This document shows positions 18,331 through 26,891 of a stretch of DNA of 64,000 bases, piece by piece. Origin of the DNA: Patescibacteria group bacterium (GTDB lineage Bacteria; Patescibacteriota; Saccharimonadia; Saccharimonadales; Saccharimonadaceae). The position numbers were made by a program, and so were the translations under genes. The stretch spans positions 5,710 through 69,709 of the forward strand of contig JAUPWL010000001.1 in NCBI GenBank assembly GCA_030916565.1, written 5' to 3'. Within the stretch, counting starts at the first letter, position 1. Each line of letters starts with the position of its first letter. The notes under the pieces are model-generated. The model was not told where the DNA came from. It made no database searches and worked only from the letters and a program-made list of their open reading frames with translations.

Positions 18331-19191
18331 GTGGGGCACAATTTGACGATTACTGATCTGCAGCATAAATCTTATGCTATCCGCGAAGATATCATTCGCA
18401 TGCTAGAACACGCCGGGAGCGGACATAGTGCAGGACCATTAGGGCTTGCCGAAGTGTTTACGGCGCTTTATTTCAATATTATGAATTATGATCCCGACCG
18501 CCCGGAATGGGATGAACGAGATTATTTCTTCCTGAGTAATGGTCACTGTGTCCCCGTGCAATATGCCGCCATGGCCGAAGCCGGATTTTTTGATAAAAAG
18601 GAACTACTGACGCTGCGCAAATTCGGCAGTCGGCTACAGGGCCATCCTGAGCGAACTAAACTCCCCGGTCTGGAAAATACCAGCGGCCCACTAGGTAGTG
18701 GCTTGTCGCAAGCAGCCGGTGTCGCGTATACGATGCAGTATGTCGACAATCAACACAAACGATTTGTCTATGTCGTTACTGGCGACGGTGAGCTAGACGA
18801 GGGTAATATCTGGGAAGCAGCCATGTTCGCAGGTAAAAACAAACTGTCTCAGCTGATTGTATTCGTTGATCGAAATAATATTCAGATTGATGGGACGACC
18901 GAACAAGTCATGCCACTTGAGGATCTCCGTGGTAAATGGGAATCATTCGGCTGGCATGTCCAGGAAATCGATGGTCACAATATCGAGAGTATTATCGATG
19001 CCGCTAGTATGGCTCGGGCAATTACGAATCAGCCAAGCGTGATAATCACCCATACGATTCCTGGCAAAGGCGTTGATTTCATGGAATATGACTATCACTG
19101 GCACGGTATGCCGCCGAATAGTGAACAGGCCAAAGAGGCGTTGCACAAGTTGCGAACGCTCGACGGAAAGATCAAAGGAGAACACCAATGA
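18331..19191 (+). CDS. tkt: transketolase, N-terminal (TPP-binding) subunit
   Basis: Motifs GSGHSAGPLG, GDGELDEGNIWEA and NNIQIDG. GTG start. Split-gene architecture. Confidence 0.9.
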   Translation: MGHNLTITDLQHKSYAIREDIIRMLEHAGSGHSAGPLGLAEVFTALYFNIMNYDPDRPEWDERDYFFLSNGHCVPVQYAAMAEAGFFDKKELLTLRKFGSRLQGHPERTKLPGLENTSGPLGSGLSQAAGVAYTMQYVDNQHKRFVYVVTGDGELDEGNIWEAAMFAGKNKLSQLIVFVDRNNIQIDGTTEQVMPLEDLRGKWESFGWHVQEIDGHNIESIIDAASMARAITNQPSVIITHTIPGKGVDFMEYDYHWHGMPPNSEQAKEALHKLRTLDGKIKGEHQ

Positions 19192-20189
19192 GCCACTACA
19201 AGCTTGCTGAAAATTTATTCGGTGATGACGTTAAACGCGAACCAATTCGTGCGGGATTTGGCCGTGGGCTCAAGGCTACCGGTGAAGCGAATGAGGCGGT
19301 TGTTGCATTGTGCGCCGATCTGACCGACAGTACGAAAATGAGTGATTTCAAAGCTGCTTTTCCAACGCGTTTTGTTGAAATCGGTGTTGCTGAACAAAAC
19401 TTGGTGACGGTTGCCAGCGGTATGGCCCGAGCCGGTAAGATTCCTTTTACGAGCAGCTATGCTGCATTTAGTCCTGGTCGCAACTGGGAACAGATTCGTA
19501 CGACAGTATGTCTGAATGACCAACCGGTAAAAATCGTCGGATCTCATGCTGGTATCAGCGTTGGGCCAGACGGTGCAACGCACCAGATGCTCGAGGACAT
19601 CGCGCTCATGCGCGTACTGCCAAATATGGTCGTTGTCGCGCCTGGTGATTCTATCGAGGCCGAAAAGGCAACTCGGGCAATTGCCGAGAACGGCAAACCT
19701 AGCTATATTCGACTAGCCCGTGAAGGTACGCCAATCTTTACCACAGAAGAATCACATTTTGAAATCGGCAAGGCATATGTACTGCGCGAAGGGCACGATG
19801 TGAGTCTACTTGGAACCGGAACAATGAGTTACCAGATGTTGGCTGCTGCACACGAACTGGAAAAACACAGTATCAGTGCTGAGGTCGTCCACGTCCCGAC
19901 CATAAAACCACTTGACGGTGATACAATCTTGGCGAGCGCCAAAAAAACGGGTCGTGTTGTGACTGCCGAAGAAGCGCAAGTCATCGGTGGATTTGGCGCG
20001 GCAGTTGCTGAATTACTGGGAGAAAGCTTACCGACGCCAATCAAACGTATTGGTATACAGGATCGATTCGGTGAATCTGGCGAACCGGATGAATTGTTAG
20101 ATCATTTTGGACTGACGGGTGATAAAATAGCATTAGCAGTAAAAGATTTCGTTGCAACAACACCGCAATATCATAGAGAGTCAAACTAG
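19188..20189 (+). CDS. tkt: transketolase, C-terminal (pyrimidine-binding) subunit
   Basis: Motifs FVEIGVAEQNLV and GPDGATHQMLEDIALMR. ATGA overlap with the N-terminal subunit. Confidence 0.9.
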   Translation: MSHYKLAENLFGDDVKREPIRAGFGRGLKATGEANEAVVALCADLTDSTKMSDFKAAFPTRFVEIGVAEQNLVTVASGMARAGKIPFTSSYAAFSPGRNWEQIRTTVCLNDQPVKIVGSHAGISVGPDGATHQMLEDIALMRVLPNMVVVAPGDSIEAEKATRAIAENGKPSYIRLAREGTPIFTTEESHFEIGKAYVLREGHDVSLLGTGTMSYQMLAAAHELEKHSISAEVVHVPTIKPLDGDTILASAKKTGRVVTAEEAQVIGGFGAAVAELLGESLPTPIKRIGIQDRFGESGEPDELLDHFGLTGDKIALAVKDFVATTPQYHRESN

Positions 20190-20197
20190 GGGGGTAT

Positions 20198-21109
20198 ATG
20201 AGTCTGACGATTCCACAAATTAGGGCAAATACGATGCGAGCGCGGCATCTGTATCAACGCACGCGCAACCAGCATTTTGCTGTCGGTGCGTTCAATATCG
20301 ACAACCAAGAAACACTGATTGCAGTTGCTCGTGCGGCACAAAAACTTCGCGCACCAGTCCTGGTCGAAGTGAGCCATGGTGAAGTTAAAGCACTTGGCCT
20401 GGAAAACATCCGCGACATGGTCGACAACTACAAAGACGAGTTCGGTATCGAAATGTACATCAATCTCGATCACAGCCCAACGGTTGATGATTGTAAACGT
20501 GCGATCGACGCTGGGTTTGAATTCATCCACATTGATATTAGCCAAGAAAACCACGACGCCTCCCTGCAAGAAATCATCGACAAAACCAAAGAAGTCGTCA
20601 ATTATGCCAAATTTACTGGCGCCTTGGTCGAGAGTGAACCGCACTATTTTGGTGGCTCATCTAACCTCCATACCGAAAAGATTGATTACGAAGCAATCAA
20701 ACACACGTTCAGCACGCCAGACGGTGCGAAGTTCTTTGTGGAATCAACGGGCATTGATACGTTTGCCGCAGCTGTTGGTAATTTGCATGGCAAATATCCT
20801 GTGCCAAAAAAGATCGACCTTGAGCTTCTCCAAGTCATTCGGGACGCTATCGATTGCCAGATTAGCCTGCATGGTGGATCGGGTACGCCACTACATTATT
20901 TTGAAGACGCCGCAAAAATTGGTGTCAGCAAGATTAACATCAATAGCGATATGCGCGTTGTATTCCGCAAGACGCTCGAAGAGGTATTGCGCGAGAATCC
21001 TGATGAATACGCAATCGTGAAATTAATGCCAGAGGTTTATCAGGCTGTTCAGGCGGTTGTTGAATCAAAAATTGAGGCGTTTGGTAGCAAGGGCAAGGCG
21101 GTTATTTAG
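20198..21109 (+). CDS. fba: class II fructose-bisphosphate aldolase family protein
   Basis: Motifs FNIDNQET, NLDHS and LHGGSGTP. GGGGGG SD upstream. Confidence 0.85.
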   Translation: MSLTIPQIRANTMRARHLYQRTRNQHFAVGAFNIDNQETLIAVARAAQKLRAPVLVEVSHGEVKALGLENIRDMVDNYKDEFGIEMYINLDHSPTVDDCKRAIDAGFEFIHIDISQENHDASLQEIIDKTKEVVNYAKFTGALVESEPHYFGGSSNLHTEKIDYEAIKHTFSTPDGAKFFVESTGIDTFAAAVGNLHGKYPVPKKIDLELLQVIRDAIDCQISLHGGSGTPLHYFEDAAKIGVSKININSDMRVVFRKTLEEVLRENPDEYAIVKLMPEVYQAVQAVVESKIEAFGSKGKAVI

Positions 21110-21113
21110 TCAT

Positions 21114-22088
21114 ATGACTGCTCCGGTAAAAATCCTCGCTATTGGCAAGACAGTTCAGGACGTCTTTTTGAAGAGCGAAGAATTCGATCCCCATAAAGAG
21201 GGTAAGGTTGTCTATACGCATTTACCATTAGGGCTCAAGATGGAAGTTGAGGACGTGACATTTGCAACTGGCGGTAACGCTGGAAACGTAGCGGTGACAC
21301 TTGCACGTCAGGGCGTTCATGCATCCTATATGTGGACGCTCGGCCATGATCCCGCATCCGAAACAATCCTCCGCGAATTAGACCGTGAAGGTGTTGATAC
21401 ATCGCATAGTGTCCAGAAGGAAAAGTATCAAGCCGGTTATTCCACGATTCTTATCGCGACTAACGGCGAACGTACAATCTTGAATCACCGCGGCGTGTCG
21501 ACCGACGCGAGCGGCAAGGATTTGGATTTCGCTGCTATCGAGGAAGTTGACTGGGTATATCCGACATCACTAGCAAACGGTGGCATTGAACTGCTGAAAC
21601 GGATTGTTGATTACGCAGAAAAGCATGACACAAAAGTAATGTTGAACCCAGCAGGGCCAGAATTGGCCGAACCACAAAAGCTCAAGTCGCTACTATCGAA
21701 CGTTGACGTTCTCTGCGTTAACAAAGAAGAAATGCAGCAGCTCGTTCACGGCGAAACGATGGAAGAGTTGGTCCAACACGGTTTGAACCTCGTCCCTGTT
21801 GTTATTGTTAGTGACGGTCCGAACGGTGTGGTTGCTAGCGATGGCAAAACTGTCGTCAAAGCTGGTATGTACGAAGATGTTAAAGTCCTCGACCGAACCG
21901 GCGCAGGCGATGCATTCGCATCGGGATTTTTGAGCCAATGGGTTCAGGGCAAATCATTGGTCGACAGTATAGTGTTCGCTAGTGCTAATTCGACATCTGT
22001 CGTGCAGTATGTTGGAGCAAAAACAGGTATTTTGCACAAGGGTGTGAAGCTGCACGATATGCCGCTGCACGAACAGGAACTGAAATAA
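21114..22088 (+). CDS. PfkB-family carbohydrate/nucleoside kinase
   Basis: GGNAGNVAV motif and PfkB signature DRTGAGDAFASGF. ATG 21114 follows the fba stop. The track ORF from 21057 overlaps fba. Confidence 0.8.
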   Translation: MTAPVKILAIGKTVQDVFLKSEEFDPHKEGKVVYTHLPLGLKMEVEDVTFATGGNAGNVAVTLARQGVHASYMWTLGHDPASETILRELDREGVDTSHSVQKEKYQAGYSTILIATNGERTILNHRGVSTDASGKDLDFAAIEEVDWVYPTSLANGGIELLKRIVDYAEKHDTKVMLNPAGPELAEPQKLKSLLSNVDVLCVNKEEMQQLVHGETMEELVQHGLNLVPVVIVSDGPNGVVASDGKTVVKAGMYEDVKVLDRTGAGDAFASGFLSQWVQGKSLVDSIVFASANSTSVVQYVGAKTGILHKGVKLHDMPLHEQELK

Positions 22089-22103
22089 ATTTAACCATAA
22101 GCA

Positions 22104-22112
22104 TGATATAAT
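22104..22112 (+). promoter_or_regulatory. extended -10 TGaTATAAT, 8 nt before ATG 22121
   Basis: TGATATAAT at 22104-22112. This supports ATG 22121 over the track's TTG at 22112. Confidence 0.5.
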
Positions 22113-22120
22113 TGAGGCAC

Positions 22121-23626
22121 ATGACACACGCGTTAAAAGATCTTTTGGGCAATGATCACCCGCTGTTCGCGAGCAATTTAGCTGCACTCGAAAAAGCAAC
22201 AGGCCATGCTGGCGTCGATGTACGACTGCTTGCCGACATTGTAGAGCACGGGCATGATGTTCTTCGTGGACTAGGGCTCGACCCTGCCGATACGACCGCT
22301 GTCGAAGCCTATCGTGCTGTAACGAATCTCGCCAAATCTGAATCGGGCCGTCGACAACTGGACGAGACTGACTATGTCATCATGCAATTCGGTAGCGAAC
22401 TTGTGTCGTTCAACCTGCAGGATGCAATCGAAAATGCTCACCATGAATTAAACTTTGATCAGCGAACACTTGCTCATGCTCAGCGTCATCTACGCGCTGA
22501 GATTGTGCGACGATATGCTGAACATGAACGAACAGAGGAGGGTCACGTGCACGGATTAGCTGATGAAATTGGATTAAAGCCACAAAGCGACGAAGGACAT
22601 CCCGATGTCCGCGAACCACGTACAGGTAATCTACCGTCGATACTCGCAATTGGTGATATCTTTACTGACGCATTTATCAAACTGAACGAAGAAGTTGCAC
22701 GTGTCGATACTGATCCAGATGGCAGCAAGCGTATCAGTCTACCCCTGGGCAGCAAACCACCATACGATGGCGTTGATATTGTCCGCGCCGTTGGACCTTC
22801 GCCGAACGCTGCAGTGTCGATTGCACGTCTCGGACTTGACGCATCATTGCTCGCATTTATGGGCGATGATCAGACGGGGACTGACGCAAAAGAATACCTG
22901 AAAAAAGAAGGCGTTGGTACAGACCTGTTGTCATTTAAGGCTGGTGTGCCATCGAACTATTATTACGTTCTACGTTATGGTGCTGAACGCACTATCTTGG
23001 TCAAAAACGAAGATTATGATTACAAATGGCAAGCACCAGAGAAAGAACCGGATTGGGTCTACTTGTCACTTATCAGTGATCAATCATGGCAATTACACGA
23101 AGATTTATTGCAGTATCTCAATGACCACCCGAACGTCAAATTAGCATTCCAACCCGGTACATTTCATTTCAAATGGGGTGTTGATAAGTTGCGTGACGTA
23201 TACAAACGTAGCCATATTGTCGTCATGAACCGCGAAGAAGCGGTTGACGTCACGGGCAAATCGTATGATTCTCTGCGTGATCTTGCGAATGGCCTCCACG
23301 ACCTTGGACCGCAAATCGTTGTGATCACTGATGGTCCGAACGGATCATACGCATCATACGATTGGAAATTTGTGACGATTCCAAACTATCCTGATCCAGG
23401 TCCTCCGGTTGACCGCACCGGTGCGGGCGATGCGTTTGCTTCGACAATTGTCGCAGCTCTAGCTCTGGGTGAGTCAATGGATACCGCGCTGACGTGGGCA
23501 CCGATTAACAGCATGAACGTTGTTCAAGAAGTCGGTGCACAGACAGGTCTTCTATCTGTCGACAAGATTAAAGAGCATCTCAAAAAAGCACCCGAAGATT
23601 ATCGCGTGACTCCAATCGAGGGATAA
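22121..23626 (+). CDS. fusion of an uncharacterised ~175-aa N-terminal domain and a PfkB-family kinase
   Basis: The C-terminal ~320 aa has the PfkB signature (DRTGAGDAFAST). I recognise no motif in the N-terminal His/Asp/Glu-rich region. Confidence 0.75.
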   Translation: MTHALKDLLGNDHPLFASNLAALEKATGHAGVDVRLLADIVEHGHDVLRGLGLDPADTTAVEAYRAVTNLAKSESGRRQLDETDYVIMQFGSELVSFNLQDAIENAHHELNFDQRTLAHAQRHLRAEIVRRYAEHERTEEGHVHGLADEIGLKPQSDEGHPDVREPRTGNLPSILAIGDIFTDAFIKLNEEVARVDTDPDGSKRISLPLGSKPPYDGVDIVRAVGPSPNAAVSIARLGLDASLLAFMGDDQTGTDAKEYLKKEGVGTDLLSFKAGVPSNYYYVLRYGAERTILVKNEDYDYKWQAPEKEPDWVYLSLISDQSWQLHEDLLQYLNDHPNVKLAFQPGTFHFKWGVDKLRDVYKRSHIVVMNREEAVDVTGKSYDSLRDLANGLHDLGPQIVVITDGPNGSYASYDWKFVTIPNYPDPGPPVDRTGAGDAFASTIVAALALGESMDTALTWAPINSMNVVQEVGAQTGLLSVDKIKEHLKKAPEDYRVTPIEG

Positions 23627-23627
23627 C

Positions 23628-24413
23628 ATGTCCAGCCCCGCACACAATTTGGCGTCGTTCAAAGCAGAGAACGAGAAAAATCATCTCGTCATCCGTCAGC
23701 GGATTATTGATGCTGCTGAAGGTCGTCTGATTACTGCTGCGGAAGAGTACGAAAAAGCCTTTGATATATTAGGCAAGCATTCGCACACTGTCACGGTATT
23801 TGGATCGGCTCGATTGCCACAAGAACACCCTGTCTGTAAACAGGCATTTGCGGTCGGTTGGGCATTGGCTAAACACGGTCTAACTATTGTCACTGGTGGT
23901 GGCGGCGGTGTCATGCAGGCAGCCAACCATGGTGCCATGAAAGCGGGCGGCGCCTCTATCGGGTTCAATATTCATTTGCCACAAGAGCAAAGCCTGAACC
24001 AATACACGACCGAAAGCTATCGATTTGAGCATTTCTTTGCTCGCAAAGTCGCGATGACACTTGATGCGAGTGGCTACGTTTTTTGTGGAGGCGGCTTCGG
24101 TACCCTTGATGAACTATTCGAAATCGTTACATTGATTCAAACGGGTAAAATACCGAATGTTCCAGTCATCCTTGTGGGTGAAAAGTTCTGGCGACCACTT
24201 GATGACGTCATCAAAAAGGTTCTCGTCCAGGAATTTGAAACCATCGATCCAATTGATCGTGAACTATACCTGATTACCGACGATATGGAACGTGTTGTCG
24301 ACAAGATTACGACGCACACAATGCAAGAAGCACGCGAAGAAATGAGCATGCGTGCTGATATGTTTGAAAAGCGCTGGGCCCACGAGCACCGTTCTCAATC
24401 AGACAGTAAATAG
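23628..24413 (+). CDS. LOG-family (TIGR00730-like) nucleotide 5'-monophosphate nucleosidase/phosphoribohydrolase
   Basis: Motifs GGGGGVMQAAN and GGGFGTLDELFE (PGGxGTxxE type). Confidence 0.8.
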   Translation: MSSPAHNLASFKAENEKNHLVIRQRIIDAAEGRLITAAEEYEKAFDILGKHSHTVTVFGSARLPQEHPVCKQAFAVGWALAKHGLTIVTGGGGGVMQAANHGAMKAGGASIGFNIHLPQEQSLNQYTTESYRFEHFFARKVAMTLDASGYVFCGGGFGTLDELFEIVTLIQTGKIPNVPVILVGEKFWRPLDDVIKKVLVQEFETIDPIDRELYLITDDMERVVDKITTHTMQEAREEMSMRADMFEKRWAHEHRSQSDSK

Positions 24414-24414
24414 T

Positions 24415-24771
24415 CTAGAACAAGCGGGGTTGATCGTCGTCTTCGTCGGTTTCGTCATCAGTGACGAAGTCAGTGTAGTCAACACTATTACCATAGTGCA
24501 CAACGCGACCATAAAGTTCCTCGGCTTCGCCAGGAAATGGCTCGGATGTATTAGCGAGAGCAGATTCGATATCGGGCACCATATATTCAGCACCAAAGAC
24601 GATATCGGCACGAACGCGCTGCGCTCGCGTCAGGCTGTCTTCTTGGACGCCGCCAAACTCAAGGTTATCAATCGCAACATTTTGATGCATTGCTGCACCG
24701 GCAAGCAGATGCTCAATATTATGGATAAATGTATCTTTATTCACTGCAGCAATACGATCGATTTCATTCAT
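24415..24771 (-). CDS. hypothetical acidic protein
   Basis: 118-aa ORF with a convincing leaderless promoter. Very acidic C-terminus (DDETDEDDDQPRLF). No family recognised. Confidence 0.55.
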   Translation of the reverse strand: MNEIDRIAAVNKDTFIHNIEHLLAGAAMHQNVAIDNLEFGGVQEDSLTRAQRVRADIVFGAEYMVPDIESALANTSEPFPGEAEELYGRVVHYGNSVDYTDFVTDDETDEDDDQPRLF

Positions 24772-24777
24772 AAATAT

Positions 24778-24786
24778 ATTATAACA
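24778..24786 (-). promoter_or_regulatory. extended -10 TGtTATAAT, 6 nt before ATG 24771
   Basis: The reverse complement of 24778-24786 reads TGTTATAAT. Confidence 0.5.
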
Positions 24787-24854
24787 CTTTTGGTAAAAAA
24801 AGTAAATATATACTCACCGCATACTCTAGACAATACGTTGATTTTCAGGGGTGG

Positions 24855-24862
24855 TGTATAAT
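24855..24862 (+). promoter_or_regulatory. -10 box TGTATAAT, 9 nt before the uvrB ATG
   Basis: TATAAT at 24857-24862, ATG at 24872. Confidence 0.45.
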
Positions 24863-24871
24863 AGGTAGGTT

Positions 24872-26842
24872 ATGGCCGATGCGTTTCGACTGCAGACAAA
24901 TTACCAGCCGACCGGTGACCAACCGGCTGCTATTGCTCAATTGGTTGAAGGGCTCAAGAACGGCGAACACGAACAGACTCTATTGGGTGTCACTGGTTCT
25001 GGCAAGACCTTTACAATGGCGAATATTATTCAAGAGCGCCAGGTTCCGACGCTTGTCTTGGCGCACAACAAGACACTCGCAGCCCAACTATATGGCGAGT
25101 TCAAGGCATTCTTTCCCGATAACGAAGTCCACTATTTTGTCAGCTATTTTGATTACTATCAACCTGAGGCATATATCAGTTCTAGCGATACTTATATTGA
25201 AAAAGACAGCAAGATCAATGACGAGATTGATCGTCTGCGCCATGCGGCGACCACAGCACTACTGACGCGCCGCGATACGATTATCGTTGCCAGTGTCAGC
25301 TGTATCTATGGTATCGGTAGTCCAGATGATTATGCAGACATGTCGATACATGTCACCGTCGGCGAGCGCCGCCTGCAGGATAAATTTATTCGTCATCTAA
25401 CCGACATTCAGTATCAACGTAACGACATTGATTTTCATCGTGGTACATTCCGCGTGAAAGGTGACGTGGTGGACATTTTCCCTGCCGGTAGTGATGTTGC
25501 ATATAGGATTGAATTCTTTGGTGACCAGGTAGATAGAATGACTCGCATTGATCCGCTGACTGGTGAGATCCTAGGCGAGCCAAACGAGCTAAAGATCTTT
25601 CCGTCCAGCCACTATGTCACGCCGAAAGAAAAGTTGGCGCATGCGATTGAGGGTATTCAAAAAGAATTTGATGAACGATTAAAATGGTTTGAAAAGCACG
25701 ACAAGCATCTTGAAGCGCAGCGTCTGGCGCAACGAACGAAATACGACCTGGAGATGCTGGAGCAGACAGGATTCGTGAAAGGTATCGAGAACTACAGCCG
25801 CTACCTGACGAATCGTGAGCCAGGCGAGCAGCCTGCAACCTTGCTCGATTATTTCCCCGATGACTGGTTGCTGCTCGTCGACGAGAGCCACCAGTCATTG
25901 CCGCAGGTTCGTGGCATGTACAACGGTGACCGAGCGCGCAAAGAAGTGCTGGTTGAATATGGATTCCGTTTGCCGTCAGCACTCGACAACCGTCCGCTGC
26001 GTTTCGAAGAATTCGAAAAACACATCAATCAGACGATTTATGTATCGGCAACACCAGGTGACTATGAGTTAGCACACAGTCCGGCCCCTGCTCAGCAGAT
26101 TATTCGTCCGACGGGACTACTAGATCCTAAAATCATTATTAAACAGACGCAGGGTCAGATTGATGATCTCATTGCCGAGATCCGCGAACGCACCGCAAAA
26201 GGACAGCGCGTCCTGGTGACGACATTAACCAAGCGTATGGCCGAAGATTTGAGCCAATACCTGATCGATTTAGATATAAAAACTGCCTATATTCATAGCG
26301 ATGTCGACACGATGGAGCGCGGAGATATTTTGAACGACCTACGCAGCGGTGTTTATGACGTATTGGTTGGTATCAACTTGCTCCGTGAAGGATTAGACCT
26401 TCCGGAAGTAAGTATGGTCGCAATTATGGACGCCGACAAAGAAGGCTTCCTTCGCAGCGAGAGTGCGCTGATTCAGACAATCGGTCGTGCTGCACGTCAT
26501 GTTGAGGGAACGGTGTTGCTCTATGCAGACAAAATCACGCGTTCGATGCAGGCTGCGATTGACGAGACTGATCGACGTCGTGAAATCCAGGAAAAATACA
26601 ACAGAGACAACAATATTACTCCGACATCTATTGATAAAGAAATTAGCGAAGGCCTTCGGGCGATTATTCCGAAAAAAGCCGATGATAAGCCAAAACTTGA
26701 CCTCAAGAAAATTCCAAAAGACGAATACGATAATCTCATCAAGGATCTTTCTGGACAAATGGACCTTGCCAGTGCCAATTTGGAATTCGAAAAAGCAGCT
26801 GAATTACGTGATTTAATAGCCGAAATTCGCTCAAAAATGTAA
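24872..26842 (+). CDS. uvrB: excinuclease ABC subunit B
   Basis: 656 aa with GVTGSGKT Walker A, DESH box, helicase motifs and a C-terminal UVR motif ([11 protein letters not shown]). Confidence 0.97.
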   Translation: MADAFRLQTNYQPTGDQPAAIAQLVEGLKNGEHEQTLLGVTGSGKTFTMANIIQERQVPTLVLAHNKTLAAQLYGEFKAFFPDNEVHYFVSYFDYYQPEAYISSSDTYIEKDSKINDEIDRLRHAATTALLTRRDTIIVASVSCIYGIGSPDDYADMSIHVTVGERRLQDKFIRHLTDIQYQRNDIDFHRGTFRVKGDVVDIFPAGSDVAYRIEFFGDQVDRMTRIDPLTGEILGEPNELKIFPSSHYVTPKEKLAHAIEGIQKEFDERLKWFEKHDKHLEAQRLAQRTKYDLEMLEQTGFVKGIENYSRYLTNREPGEQPATLLDYFPDDWLLLVDESHQSLPQVRGMYNGDRARKEVLVEYGFRLPSALDNRPLRFEEFEKHINQTIYVSATPGDYELAHSPAPAQQIIRPTGLLDPKIIIKQTQGQIDDLIAEIRERTAKGQRVLVTTLTKRMAEDLSQYLIDLDIKTAYIHSDVDTMERGDILNDLRSGVYDVLVGINLLREGLDLPEVSMVAIMDADKEGFLRSESALIQTIGRAARHVEGTVLLYADKITRSMQAAIDETDRRREIQEKYNRDNNITPTSIDKEISEGLRAIIPKKADDKPKLDLKKIPKDEYDNLIKDLSGQMDLASANLEFEKAAELRDLIAEIRSKM

Positions 26843-26871
26843 CCACAAACTAGTGACTCTTGCTACAGATG

Positions 26872-26880
26872 TGGTACACT
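26872..26880 (+). promoter_or_regulatory. -10-like TGgTACACT, 11 nt before ATG 26892
   Basis: TGGTACACT at 26872-26880. Confidence 0.3.
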
Positions 26881-26891
26881 TAAGCATAAGC

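Noticed and set aside
20376-21020. A 214-aa + strand ORF in an alternative frame inside fba. Similar long shadow ORFs occur elsewhere, e.g. 3878-4435 (-), 7919-8506 (-), 20186-20644 (-), 32052-32564 (-) and 39888-40493 (-).
   Set aside because: Each lies wholly within, or antisense to, a gene with unmistakable family motifs. Their products are low-complexity, Arg/Ser/Cys-rich and show no start signals. They are typical frame shadows in a mid-GC genome.
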